Part shown: positions 37,601 through 50,464 of the stretch, in pieces
Numbering within the stretch: position 1 is the stretch's first letter
Layout: the number at the start of each line of letters is the position of its first letter
From: Mizuhopecten yessoensis
Taxonomy: Eukaryota
Direction of reading: 5' to 3'
Length of the DNA stretch: 64,000 nt
NCBI RefSeq assembly: GCF_002113885.1
Contig: NW_018405822.1
Span: 87,176 to 151,175, forward strand
Position numbers and translations under genes: made by a program
The notes under the pieces: model-generated
The model's database searches: none
Told to the model about the DNA's origin: nothing
What the model saw: only the letters and a program-made list of their open reading frames with translations

Positions 37601-40600
37601 CAGTCTGGTTTTTTGCCTGGTCATTTTACTGTATATCAACTCATTGAAATTTATCATAACATCTGTATTGCTCTAGAAGAAAAAAAACCATGTATGTATG
37701 GTATTCTGCGATATTTCTAAGGCTTTTGAAAGGGTTTGGCATAAGGGTTAGATGATTAAGTTAAAATCCTATGGAATTTCAGGGGAATTGTATCATTGGT
37801 TGGAAAATTCCTATTTCAGAGGCACCAGAGAGCCTTTTGGAATACTTCTTACTCCGACTTAGGTTTCATTGAAGCAGGTGTTCCTCAGGGTTCGATTCTT
37901 GGACCTCTTTTGTTTCTTATCTATATTTATGATATTGCTGATATGTTTGAATCAACCTCTCGTCTTTTTGCAGACGATACTTCTTTGTTAAAATCATCCT
38001 ATTCATGTCTAGAAATCCAAACGGTTATAAATAGCTATCTCGAGTCATGGTCCCAAACTTGGTTAGTAACATTCAATCCAGAAAAAAACTGAGGTAATTT
38101 TTGTTTCAAACTTGGTTGAAATTGATGAAGATTTACAATTAGAATTTAATGGCGAATTTTTTAATTTTACTGATCATCATAAACATTTAGGTGTAATTTT
38201 TGATTCAAGTGCAAAAGGGGGGGATAAAATTTGTGCAATATATACTTCAGTTATGAAAAAAGTCAACGTCTTACGTAGATTAAAATATTTATTAGATTGT
38301 GATAATCTTTTAAAGATTTATAAATCATTTATTTTACCAGTTTTAGAATATGCTTGTGAATTGTGAGATGGTTGTAAAACTTATGAAACAGAAATGTTAG
38401 AGAAAGCCCAAAGAGAAGCTTCTCGTATTATAACTGGTCTTCCTTCATATGCCCGAATTGAAGACTTACTTTTTATACGCCCGTCAAATATGAGGGGAGT
38501 ATTATGGTATCTTTGAAACTTGGTATACATTATAATCATGATATAAAGTTGTGTCTTCCTTAAAAGAATTTTGATTCGACAATTTTTACAAAAGTTATTG
38601 CCCTTTGTTTATTTCAGTATTTGATTTTTGTCCAGCAATCTCCTCCTACATTTTTCAACGGATCTGTTTGAAACTTGGTATACATTATAATTATGATATG
38701 AAGTTGTGTCCTCCTTAAAAGAATTTTGATTCAATAATTTTTGCAAAAGTAATTGCCCTTTGTTTATTTCAGTATTTGATTTTTGTCCGGCAATCTCCTC
38801 CTACATTTTTCAACGGATCTCTTTAAAACTTGGTATACATTATAATCATGATATGAAGTTGTGCCTTAAAAGAATTTTGATTCAACCATTTTTGCAAAAG
38901 TAATTGCCCTTTGTTTATTTCAGTGTTTTATTTTTTGTCCGGAGATTTTCTCCTACATTTTTTATAGCATGTGATTGTCAGCTATAACCACTCTTAGAAT
39001 GATGCAGATCTTATTTCAATGTAAGAAAGTATATAACACTATATGGCATTCGGCGGGCGTATATTGTTCCGCCCCGCGGTACTCTTGTTGAAACTGGTCT
39101 AGAAACTCTTTTGAATAGAAGAAAACGCAGAAAACTCCAACTTTTGTATAAAATGCACAACAAATTAACTCCAGACTATTTAAATTCTCTATTGCCATCT
39201 TCCGTTGCAGAAAATAACCGATACACCCATAGAAACAATAAAGATTATAGAATTCGTCCTTTCAGGCTTTCTCTAACAAATTCATCTTTTATACCTTCAA
39301 CTCTTCGTGGTTGGAATTCATTGGACCTTTCAGTATGATCATTGACCTCATTACATTCTTTTAAAAACTTGTTAACTTCAAATGTACAATCTCCTCCACC
39401 AATCTACTAAGGTTTCGGTAAACGTAAATTGAACATTTTGCACACTAAACTTAGACATCAGTGTAGTCTACTTAAATATGATCTTTTTAGAGTAAATCTG
39501 GTTGATAGTCCAGTTTGTTATTGTGGCCATCCCTGTGAAAATGTCTTTAATTTTTTTGTGAGTGCTTACTTTTTAACAACGCAAGACATACCCTGCTCCA
39601 AAATTGGAATGCCTTGCATGTTGATTTTAATTTATATTAGAACTACTTTTGTTTGGTAATAGTCAACTTTCGGTAGAAAACAACATAAGTATCTTTAGAC
39701 ATGTGCATCATTACATCAAATCCATTATAGGTTTTGATAGTTAAAATTACTTTTCTATATTTATTTATGTGTAGTTGTTATATGTGTTTGTGAAATTGTA
39801 TTTCATTATTTTGCCTGATTTCTTTGTTACATTGATTCTGTTCATTTTGAAATTACTCTACCAGGCTGCATGTCATGAAATTTGTATAATTTAAAATTTA
39901 TTCAAATGCGGATCGATTTCTCAGTTTACACATTTACTTTTCTAGGAAACACCCCTCCCCTCCCACACTCCCACCCCACCTTTCCTTCTCCACCCTATCT
40001 TTTTCACTTTCCCCAAAAACATATACACCATTTTTATACGCCTGTCAAATTTGACGGGAGTATTATGGTATGGCGTTGTCCAGCTGCCCGGCGTAAACTT
40101 TTGTTTGTCCGGCAATCTCCTCCTACATTTTTCGACCGATCTCTTTGAAACTTGGTACACATTATAATCATGATTTGAAGTTGTGTCTCCCTAAAAAGAA
40201 TTTTGATTCGACAATTTGTCCAAAAGTTATTGCCCTTTGTTTATTTCAGTATTTTATTTTGTGTTCGGAGATTTCCTCCTACATGTTTTGACAGATTTCT
40301 TTGAAACTTAGTAGGCTAAATAATCATGATATGTTGTTGTGTTTCTTTGAAAAGAATTTTGATTCGACGATTTTTGCAAAAGTTATTGCCCTTTGTTCAT
40401 TTCAGTATTTGGGATTTTATCCGGAGATTTTCTCCTACATTTTTATAGTTTGTCAGCTAACCACTCTTTAAATGATGCAGATCTTATTTCAATGAAAGAA
40501 AGTATATAACACTATATGGCATTCGACGGGCGTATAATGTTCCGCCCAGCGGTACTCTTGTTACCATATGTATTGAGAAGAGAACTCTATTAATAAAGTT

Positions 40601-43600
40601 GTAATAACTTGTCCGATCCATTTGTATATTTGTACAATAAAATATGTTTAAATTACTAACGTGAAGATTGGGAGTTCCTCTACCTCCTTGATATTGTTAG
40701 GTAGGTTTTTCCACAGGGTAATAGATCTTGGTAGGAAAATCTGCTGGGATCTGCCTACAGTTGGCACCTCTTGTTCTGGAGTCAGTAGGCTTAAGGTGCT
40801 GTCCAGGTCCACGTTCACCTTTTTTGTTGAAGATATTATTGTGAAACATGACTAGTCTCGCTCTCAGTCTCCTCTGCTCATGTGTATCTCGTGCAGCCCA
40901 GTTTCTGTAGGATGGGGACAGGACTTTAAATTGTATTAGCCACTGACGAACCTCACTGCGCGTCTCTGGACTCCATTAAGATTTTCGATGTTGTTCCTCT
41001 GGTGAGGGTCCCATACTGTACATGTGGACACATATTCCAGAGTGGGTAATACAAGTGTGGTAAATGTACTTGCCTTGACTTGTTCGAAGCAAGAGCGGAT
41101 ATTCCATCGCAGGAAACCAACTGACCTCCGCAGGAAACCAACTGACCTCTGCAGGAAACCAACTGACCTCCGCAGGAAACCAACTGACCAGGTGAAACAG
41201 GTGTTAATGGGCTAACTCAATGACAAGTCACTGCTCAGCATTTATCCTAGGCGGATTGTGCAACTTCCAGCTGGTGTCCATGAAGTAAATATGGTTTCTT
41301 CTTTCATAGCTTCTTCTTCTTGGTAGTATGCATGATGACGCATTCCTCGGGGTTGATTTTTATCGGCTTTGCTCCTGGAGGGAAAGGCTGTCCTTGATGT
41401 TGTTTATGCTGTGATAGACTATGCAGTCATCTGCAAAGAGCTGCACTTCAGACTTCACATGGTTCGCCAAGTCGTTGATGTACAGCAGGAATAGGAGCGG
41501 CCTGACCACCGTCCCCTGGGAGACTCCAGACCATTCCTCAGACAAGTGGCTTCTTTCGATAGTAAAAAGTTGTTTCCTGCTGTTCATGAAGTCTTTGAAC
41601 CATGAAAGGGTGTTGTTCCGAATCCCAAAATGGTGTAGCTTCTGTAGCAGTCTCTGATGGGGTACCTTGTCAAACGCCTTGGAGAAATCAAGTAAAACCA
41701 TGTCCTCTGTTTTCCTCCATCTTAGCCTCTGGCAAGCTCATGTATGGTCTGGATGAGTTGGGTTTCAAAAGATCTCTTCCTCTGAAAACTGTGTTGTTCA
41801 TTTCTCAGTATGTTGTGTTGGTCAAGGTGTTGCATGACTGAACTATGGAGGATGTGTTCCATCAGTATGTAACAAACTGCTGTCAGGGAGACTCGCCTAT
41901 AATTGGCAGCAATGGAACGATCCTCCTTCTTAGGGACCACATGGGCCAACCTCCAGTTGTCTGGCACAGTCGAGCTGTCCAGGTAACACTGGAAGATTCT
42001 CCTGAGAGCTGGAGCAAGTTCAGTCGCTATTTCCTTCAGTAGTCTAGTAGGTATACCGTCTGGTCCAGCAGCTCTGTGAGACTTGAGTCCCTTCAGCAGC
42101 TCCTCAACTCCTCGGGTGGTAGCTTGTATCTCTGACCTTATGGGTTTTGCACTGGGCGTCTGCCTTGAGGGTCTTGTATCAGGTCTGATCTCTCTCTCGT
42201 TATCACAGTACATATTAGATTTCTTAATTCTATATGCATTTCCCTTTTCAGGTGATAGATGGTGGTGATCTGGATGTGAGTTTTTATGTGCAGGCTCCTG
42301 ATGGTCGAGTGATGGTATCTGATGTACAGAAGTCTGATGCTGTTCACAAGTAATGTATTCTGTACTTTTGATGTTTGTTATAATGTAAAGTGAAACTTGA
42401 TTAGTCTGCGCATGCAAGTTTTTTTGGAAGATAATCAGCATTTTTTTGCAACTGTCATTTCCTTTCCCAAGTGTATTTAACAGATTCAGAAAATAAACCT
42501 AATTCCTAATGAGAATGCTGCAGACAAATTGTGAAACCTTTCCTTTAGGCTGCTGGCAATATGGATTGTATAAGGGTTCATGTGGTAGCACAACCGGTAA
42601 GCAACAAAGCGTATCTGAATCGAGTGATTTCTGTACATGTATAACAACTATTGTAATTACGCCTACAGCGTAGCCAAATCAACATTGATTTTGTGGACAA
42701 CTTGTACACATTCAACACTCTTGTGTGCATACGCTTCACTGTTCATTTGTCTGATGAAGGTGACAGAGTACATACCATACCAGTCATGGAAACGTCACAT
42801 AGAAACACTTACTGGTTGTGTAACACAACCTTTTCATTATGTTAAGAAACAATCAGTAAGTGTTAACATGTGAAGTTTCCATGGTATGTGTAGTGCATTG
42901 TCACTTTCATCAGACAAATGAACAGTGAAGCGTATGCACATTTGTATTTATACAAGAAGAAAATGAAAAAAAAAATCTGGAAAGTTTTCAAATATTTTTA
43001 TAGATAATTCTAGGTTCAATAACACAACATTTTTGTTAAGGAAAGCCTAAGGTTATTGTTGTTTTGAGAGGCTATGACATAATCATTGGTATATATATGG
43101 AATAATATCAAATAAAAAGTTTGCAGTATTATTTAGCAAGCAGTATTTACAAAGTATGTATGTAACAGGAGTGGGCTGTGGCAATCTCTGTTGTCAGACC
43201 AACTAGCTCAGTTGGTAACAGTATCTGTCTAGTAGTTATGAGGTTGTAAGTTAGAATCCTGGTCAGGCCATTACATTTTTCCTTTCCTGTTACATTTACA
43301 TTATTACTGAATGCAAAAGAACAGATCTGTGTGTCTATTTGTATATCTGTTGCCAAGTTTACATGTGATATGTGAACACTTGTTTTGTGTTTCAGGATCG
43401 ACGCTGAGGTTGCTGGAGATTACAAGATGTGTTTTGATAACACATTCAGTCACTTCAACACTAAGGTCATCTATTTTGAGTTGGTGTCAGATGATGATGA
43501 AGATGATGGCGATGATGACAAAGATTGGAATTTTGCTAAAGAAGAATTGTCAGGTTTAATAGATATGACAATTCAAGACTTTAAGGTACAAAAAATAATG

Positions 43601-46016
43601 TTCGCAACCATGTCAAATCAGTTGTGTTGTCTGTGTATGTATTGTCTGACTGAGTGTACTGTGAAGCTACCAGATACATATATTGTATGTAGAACTGAGC
43701 AGGTTAATAAATCCAAGGATGTAGATAAAACCCAGAAACACAAGGTATAGGCATGGTTTAATGTACACACTTCACAAAACCCAGAAACACAAGTTATAGA
43801 CATGGTTTAATGTACACACTTCACATCCCCCAGAAACACAAGTTATAGACATGGTTTAATGTACACACTTCACAAAACCCAGAAACATAAGTTGTAGACA
43901 TGGGTTAATGTACACACTTCACAAAACCCAGAAACACACGTTATAGACATGGTTTAATGTACACACTTCACATAACCACGAAACACAAGTTATAGACATG
44001 GTTTAATGTACACACTTCACAAAACCCAGAAACATAAGTTGTAGACATGGTTTAATGTACACACTTCACAAAACCCAGAAACACAAGTTATAGACATGGT
44101 TTAATGTACACACTTCACAAAACCAAGAAACACATGTTATAGACATGGTTTAATGTACACACTTCACATAACCACGAAACACAAGTTATAGACATGGTTT
44201 AATGTACACCCTTCACAAAACCCAGAAACACAAGTTATAGACATGGTTTAATGTACACACTTCACAAAACCCAGAAACGCAAGTTATAGACATGGTTTAA
44301 TGTACACACTTCACAAAACCCAGAAATACATGTTATAGACATGGTTTAATGTACACACTTCACATAACCACGAAACACAAGTTATAGACATGGTTTAATG
44401 TACACGCTTCACAAAACCCAGAAACACAAGTTATAGACACGGTATAATGTACATACTTCACAAAACCCAGAAACACAAGTTGTAGACATGGTTTAATGTA
44501 CACACTTCACAAAACCCAGAAATACATGTTATAGACATGGTTTAATGTACACACTTCACAAAACCCAGAAATACATGTTATAGACATGGTTTAATGTACA
44601 CACTTCGCATAACCCAGAAACACAAGTTATAGACATGGTTTAATGTACACGCTTCACAAAACCCAGAAACACAAGTTATAGACATGGTATAATGTACACA
44701 CTTCACAAAACCCAGAAACACAAGTTATAGACATGGTTAAATGTACACACTTCACAAAACCCAGAAACGCAAGTTATAGACATGGTTTAATGTACACACT
44801 TCACTTATTAATTTGAAATTAATCAGTACTCTTCTAATGTTTTGGTTCCAAGCATCACTGATGAGTTCTAGAAGGACAAAACTGTATGGTGCTGTGTAAT
44901 ACATTTTTGGCGTACTGTATATATTTCCAAAGTGTAATCACATGTGTGTATCTTATTTTTAAGATTTTACTGAAGAGATATAGGTTTTAGGGGTGTACAA
45001 TAGCCCACAGATTGATTAGAAAAGGTTCTACTAGTCCAACTAGTATTTTCATAATAAAAATTGTGAACATTTTCAGTAGTTCAGACTTAAAATCTACTAA
45101 CCCCAGGCAACAGGCTAGCAGAGTTAGACATCCCTGAATTTGAGAGGTTTTCCTCGCAATGTAAAAACATGTGCGTAAGTCATGGGAACAGAAAAATGGA
45201 GTTTTACTATGGACCTTTTACTGTAAAAAATATATACATGTATTTATGTTTTTGAGACGGTTTCTTATTTGAAACAAATTAAATGGAACCTAAGACAGAA
45301 ATGATTTTAAGTGAAAACAAATTTAGAAAAATTATGAAATTGGAGTCGGGTAAAAAATATCTAGTTCATTTTCTACTTTGAGACTAATGACTACATGTTT
45401 TTCTGACTAATGACTACATGTTTTTCTGACTAATGACTACATGCTTTTCTGACTAATGGCTACATATATTTCTACTTTGAGACTAATGGCTACATATTTT
45501 TCTTCTTTGAGACTAATGGCTACATATTTTCTACTTTGAGACTAATGGCTACATATTTTCTACTTTGAAACTAATGGCCACATATTTTCTACTTTGAAAC
45601 TAATGGCCACATATTTTCTACTTTGAAACTAATGGCCACATATTTTTCTACTTTGAAACTAATGGCCACATATTTTTTACTTTGAAACTAATGGCCACAT
45701 ATTTTCTACTTTGAGACTTATGGCTACAACAAGCTCTGTTAAAACATTTCGTGACATTGATGTTTTTCTGATGTTTCAGCAAAAGATGGAAACAATGAAG
45801 GACCATTTGGACAAGTCTGCACAGATTCAACATTTTTTGAAAAATTATGAAGCAAGAGATCGAAATACACAAGAGAATAACTTCCAGCGAGTGAATTGGC
45901 TTTCTGGAATCCAGGTGTTTGTAATGGTGTCGGTTGGTCTCACACAGGTGCTGCTTATACGTGGCCTGTTTGATGACAAGAGTAGGGTACACAATGTGAT
46001 GAAAGCGAGAACATAA
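34499..46016 (+). CDS. TMED5: p24 family gamma-subfamily protein (TMED5/TMED1-like), 4 exons, 226 aa
   Basis: Exons 34499-34654, 42252-42349, 43396-43585, 45780-46016 (681 nt). Signal peptide; GOLD domain (LTVEVNAGTQDCFYQ...EYQVIDGGDLDV...GDYKMCFDNTFSHFNTKVIYFEL); coiled coil (EARDRNTQENNFQRVNW); TM helix; tail RGLFDDKSRVHNVMKART. TMED5 vs TMED1 cannot be resolved from sequence alone. Confidence 0.9.
36525..37592 (+). mobile_element. HINE/DINE-like non-autonomous element nested in the LINE
   Basis: Starts TT(C)GGTCACCTGAG, has a CGTC microsatellite and internal tandem repeats, ends CAGGTGAC...AGGCCCTTGGGCCTCTTGTT (3' hairpin); removing it restores the LINE frame HNYFIEHSLF|YKHQSGF. Confidence 0.8.
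38471..39089 (+). mobile_element. HINE/DINE-like element, family B copy 1, nested in the LINE
   Basis: Subterminal IR TATACGCCCG...CGGGCGTATA; 3' hairpin CCGCCCCGCGG; ~140-bp internal tandem repeats; removing it restores IEDLLF|ETGLETL. Confidence 0.8.
40031..40562 (+). mobile_element. HINE/DINE-like element, family B copy 2
   Basis: Same termini and internal repeat as 38471-39089 (TATACGCCTGTC...GACGGGCGTATA...GTACTCTTGTT). Confidence 0.8.
40661..42200 (-). mobile_element. Decayed LINE RT fragment (CR1/L2-like clade), antisense in TMED intron 1
   Basis: AAGPDGIP, ANYRRVSLT, LDFSKAFDKVPH, GVSQGTVVRPLLFLLYINDL, LFADDC; C-terminal FLPRSITLWKNLP. Confidence 0.9.
42252..42349 (+). CDS. TMED5: TMED5-like exon 2
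   Basis: Not in ORF track; acceptor ttttcag; VIDGGDLDVSFYVQAPDGRVMVSDVQKSDAVH; donor AA|gtaatg. Confidence 0.9.
42572..42941. mobile_element. Penelope-like element pseudo-LTR remnants in inverted arrangement (TMED intron 2)
   Basis: Homologous to the terminal repeat of the Penelope-like element at ~55960-56156; ~42724-42820 is the diverged reverse complement of ~42848-42941. Confidence 0.7.
42744..42802 (+). ncRNA. Minimal hammerhead ribozyme motif (probably impaired)
   Basis: CTGATGA-A-GGTGAC...GTCATG-GAAAC-GTC-ACA; the stem II closing pair is G.G instead of G-C. Confidence 0.55.
43396..43585 (+). CDS. TMED5: TMED5-like exon 3
   Basis: Acceptor tttcag; IDAEVAGDYKMCFDNTFS...IQDFK; donor gtacaa. 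Confidence 0.9.
43727..44805. repeat. 49-bp minisatellite (AAAACCCAGAAACACAAGTTATAGACATGGTTTAATGTACACACTTCAC)
   Basis: ~22 tandem copies in TMED intron 3. Confidence 0.95.
45370..45725. repeat. ~20/29-bp minisatellite (CTACTTTGAAACTAATGGCCACATATTTT)
   Basis: Tandem copies ending ~55 nt before the TMED exon 4 acceptor. Confidence 0.9.
45780..46016 (+). CDS. TMED5: TMED5-like exon 4
   Basis: Acceptor tttcag; QKMETMKDHLDKS...TM helix...MKART-TAA. Confidence 0.9.
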   Translation, partial: QKMETMKDHLDKSAQIQHFLKNYEARDRNTQENNFQRVNWLSGIQVFVMVSVGLTQVLLIRGLFDDKSRVHNVMKART

Positions 46017-47807
46017 CCCCCAAGTAATTGTTTTTCCTTGTTAGGGTACATAAAGTCTGTGCTGTGTCAGAATGATAGAATTTTTTAAAAAAGAATTATT
46101 CTTAAATTTTAGATTTTAATAATCAAAAATATTGCCATGATCAATATCATCAAGATTTTGCTAGATAGATTTATTCAATTTGGGTTTTTTTAATTTCACA
46201 ATTTTGTTCACTTAGCAAACATAAATTGCCAAACCTTTCAATCATGAGAAATATCAGTGACAATATGTTTCTATTGTAACTTTCTGGTGAATAAGTTTCT
46301 TATATTGGTGTAAAGTGACATTTTTGAGGGGAAAATTTGGGTTAATGGTTTAGGGTATAGAATAGGTAAAACATCTTTACATTTTTTTTTATAATATTTA
46401 TTGTGGATCTCGTTCAGCCTTAAGTATTTTACTTTGAAATATAAATATAAATAAAAGATTAATTTTCAATGATAATGGTACATAAACATCAATATTTCTT
46501 TGACTGCAATTGAAGGACAATTGAAATTTGTGGTACACCATTTAATTTTAGTAGTTTTGAAAAAAAAAAAGTTAAAGTGAATTTAAAAACTGCATGTTTT
46601 TAAATGCCCTCTTTATATGATAAGGTTAACTTAATAACGCAACTAATATATAATGTGCCACAGTAGTTCTTGTTGTTGTTTAGTTTTCAAAGCATTAGAA
46701 AATTCATAAAAAGTGACTTCTAGTCAAGTTCAAGTACATTTCAGTCGTGTGCATTAAGTTTCAACAAGTTTCAAACGAGTCCCTTCCAATTTCATGGTGA
46801 TGTTATTTTGTTTGTGATTCTTTTTAATTACCATAATAATTTATTCGATTAAGGAATAGTGAGTTATTAGATGTCGTGTATAACTGAGGAAGCTAGTGTT
46901 GAACCAATGTTAATGATAAATGAGATATTGATGAGATGTATTTTTATAATATAAGAATATATGTGTGAAAGGCATTGAAGCACAACAACACTGGAATGGT
47001 TAGGTATCCAAGGCAATATTCGTATCCAATACACAGCGAGACAGTGTTATGTGTAGACTTTCACTGATCTCCTGGTGATGGTGTTCCTATGTTATTTTAG
47101 ATTCTAACCTATAAGAAATTATAAGATTCTACATAGTTTAGAGTATTATATTTAGTCCTAACTTGATAGGCATTCCTTTACTTTCCCCAGTGTTTCACAA
47201 CTATATATAATATTGTTTATATTGTTGCACCTTCTCCCACCAATTCTGGATGGAATGTCAACGAAATTTGAACGTATGTTAACCTAGATTTTGTTTTAAT
47301 ATATGTCAACTGATGCAGTGTTACACAACTCCAGTTGAAAAGAGATCATGTTTTTGTTATCTGGGTATAAAATGGAGTAACGGACATAACGGACGACATG
47401 GCGCCACTGGCTGTTTATTTCTAGACATTGAATATTTACATTTCTACTGAACTTGGACTCAATATACCTACTTAATATTTTAAAGGTTATTTTTCAATGA
47501 ACTTTTCAGTTGGCGTATGAATACATCAGCATATTATCAACCTGATGATTACTCTGTTATTCCAAGGAGCGCGGCAAGTAGCTCCATTCATAGATTGTTT
47601 GAAATTTGTTGTTTTTTTGTCAGAAGTATTCAATTGAATTCAAAAAATATTTTACATCTTAATTTGCTTATTCATCTTACCAGGACGACATCTCACAGTG
47701 AGTTATGACGTCATAAGTTTTGATACCTTCCGTGGTGTTAGACTTGCACAAGACCGATATTTTAGAAATTATCCGAACAAATATCAATATCACTCTGAAT
47801 GTTAATA

Positions 47808-47879
47808 TAAGGATAGAATCCCATTTTGTTGAGGTTTATACCCCCCGATAAACCTCAACAAAACAGAATTCAATCCTTA
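47808..47879. repeat. Inverted repeat/hairpin, probably the end of a non-autonomous element
   Basis: TAAGGATAGAATCCCATTTTGTTGAGGTTTAT / ATAAACCTCAACAAAACAGAATTCAATCCTTA. Confidence 0.6.
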
Positions 47880-50464
47880 AATGCATTTTAGCTGTACCTT
47901 GCAAATCGTGAAAAATAATAATACTCAGGTCAAAAGTGAGAAGGATAATTATGAGATTATGAACACTTATTATTACAGAGCTTGAGGAAGGCAATTAGAA
48001 AACCAAAGAGGGAGATACTCGTTCTGTGACTAATTAATTAGAGATTTATTAATCATAACTAATCATAAAGTACAGTAATTTTGATCGTACCTTGTAAGTT
48101 CTTTGCTTTCTAGATTTAACAAAATGATTTCTTATATTCAAGTGTATATGCAAAATGTGTTGTATCATATTACGCAAGTTTCAACCAATCAGTTTTCACA
48201 TGCAAAGGTACTGCTCATTGTTTTTACATATTTTTGAGACCTTTTTGTTGTTTTCAGGTTCAAAAAATAGATTTATTAACTAAAAGTAAAGTGCTTTCAT
48301 AATATGTTACTAGATACATGATTATTGTGAGTAGGTTTGCCAGGTTTTCAACCTTAGTCTCTATTTGTATGATGGTTTCACGAACAACAGGCACAGATAC
48401 TTATACAAGTTACTTCCCTTGAAATTGGTTTATTACATTTCCATCTGTCTTTTAGATGTAAATGTGTGATGAAGCTACTGTTGACGGGTTGCACTGTCAA
48501 GTTATTGATATATTTATACATATATGTATGTGAGAAGAATTTTGTGAAAACAAAGTGCTCATCATGACTATTTGTTACTGTGTACAGCACAAATGTAGTC
48601 TGCTTTAAACTGACTTGTCTGAAATCCATAACTCTATGCTGGAGTGTAACATTATAGTAGGGTACACACAGAATTTATCTATGCAAGTTGTTGGTATGTC
48701 AAATGTTTGCTGACTTTAAACTGCTCCATGTATGTATTGTTATATAGCTATAAGTCTCCTACAGGTCTGGAAAGCCAGTGTTATTCTAGTATTTCAGTTT
48801 AAAGCTTTATTAGTTTATAAAAGAATATTTTCAAATTTTAAATTTGATAACAATTCAGTCTCCTTTCATGTATTTTTTCCGTGGCTATGAGTCAAAATTC
48901 TGTCATGTGAGTTACCGTGGTTACGAGTCGGCCTCCCTTTTTGTGTTGCCAAATAAAACAAGAATATTTTCTTAACATATTTTTATGCCCCAAAATTTCA
49001 AATTTCAAGTTGTTTTCTTTTCTGGTATGTGGAATTAGTTAGTTCAAAGCATATGATAGGTTTGATATCAAATATATATTAAAGTTTTTGTCTGTTCGAA
49101 TGGGCGATCAGATTTGCGTTTACATTGACATTTTGATAAATACCAGACTGCTTAAGAGTTTCCATTCAGAAGTTTATAAGACGTGGTGTTTAGTCAGGAC
49201 TTTGTGTTACTATGTGTAATTCTATCTGTCTATGACCTGATAGTACTGTGGTGTATTTATCAAGAACGTACACACAGTACAACACTCTGAACAGGGGACC
49301 ACCATTTTAAACATCTACATCCTACTAAACATACGTTTTCTAAAGATTTGGGTTTTCTGACATTGTTAGGTGGTCCCATCCTTTCTATTTAGCTGTTAGA
49401 ATTCTTTACATTTAAAAGTGGAAATGTCATTTCATCAGGAATTCCCCCCATAACCCTGTATAAAGAACCTCACATGTATCAATAAAAAACATGCAATTAC
49501 TTTTAATGTATAGATATTGTTTAAACACACTGTAGGTAACATGTTCCGTTGTTGTGATCTAGTGTGGCATACCAGTATATATAATGTATACCAAAGCTTC
49601 TGTCTTTTTCTATAGTCGCCATATTATGTCAGTACTGAATGAACAGCAGAATTTCATTGTTTTCAATGGTATTGTTGATATCAAATATCTTCATAAAATG
49701 GGGGGGGGGGGGTACAATCATACATATATTTCAGCAGTTAACCAGAACAATTTTTGAATAATTTGAATGTTATACATAATAAAACAAAAGAGCATTTTAA
49801 ATACTCTAAACATATACAAATTTATTATATAATACACAAGTGTAAACCTAACTGCTAACCACTATTTCCTGGTCTCCAGGTGTATGCTTGTCCTTTGGTG
49901 GTCTGTTTCTGTGTATTTTGATTTCGATTTACTTGTTTCTTTATTTTGAAGATTTTTTTATGGTTCAAAAGAGATTTTTTTGACAGTTACTACAAAAATA
50001 CAAACCAATCTAAAACTCCTTTACTATTTTCTTGATGAAATTCTTCAGTGTGATGGCTGGATGGTGCCGACTGTACGTTGTACTAGATGCTGTGATGTTA
50101 TTTATGTTTGATTGTTATGATGAGATGAATGTTGAGGCCTGAGAGCTATTGTAGTGTGATTTATTGATCGAATGTCCTGTCAGAACTTATATATGCAATC
50201 ATGACTATGCCTTAGGTTGAACTATCGAGTTATTGAACAATAAAACTATGTGAACAATATACTGATTTGTATGCTTTCTATGTCAGCGACAGCCCAAATG
50301 GAATTAATGTAAAAGGGTTAACTTTTGTGGTGTGGTGAACATCTGTTTTTGCGAAAAATATATAATCAGAAAAGTGAGTATAGGAGAAATAATTTTAACA
50401 AAAAAGAGAAAATGTACAACACACTGTGAAATAGACAATTCGTCCACTAGATCTGTGCCTGTTA

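Larger units (their letters stand above)
35625..40655 (+). mobile_element. 5'-truncated, decayed CR1/L2-clade LINE (ORF2 RT) in TMED intron 1, interrupted by three nested insertions
   Basis: Fragments KPWMT, KASGEDGI, NYRPISLL, GVPQGSILGPLLFLIYI, LFADDT, HLGV, SFIPSTLRGWNSL with stops and frameshifts; 3' tail AATAAAATATGTTTAAA at ~40636. Confidence 0.9.

Noticed and set aside
41722-42441. 239-aa minus-strand ORF spanning TMED exon 2
   Set aside because: Chance read-through: antisense of TMED exon 2 and intron joined to a decayed LINE RT frame
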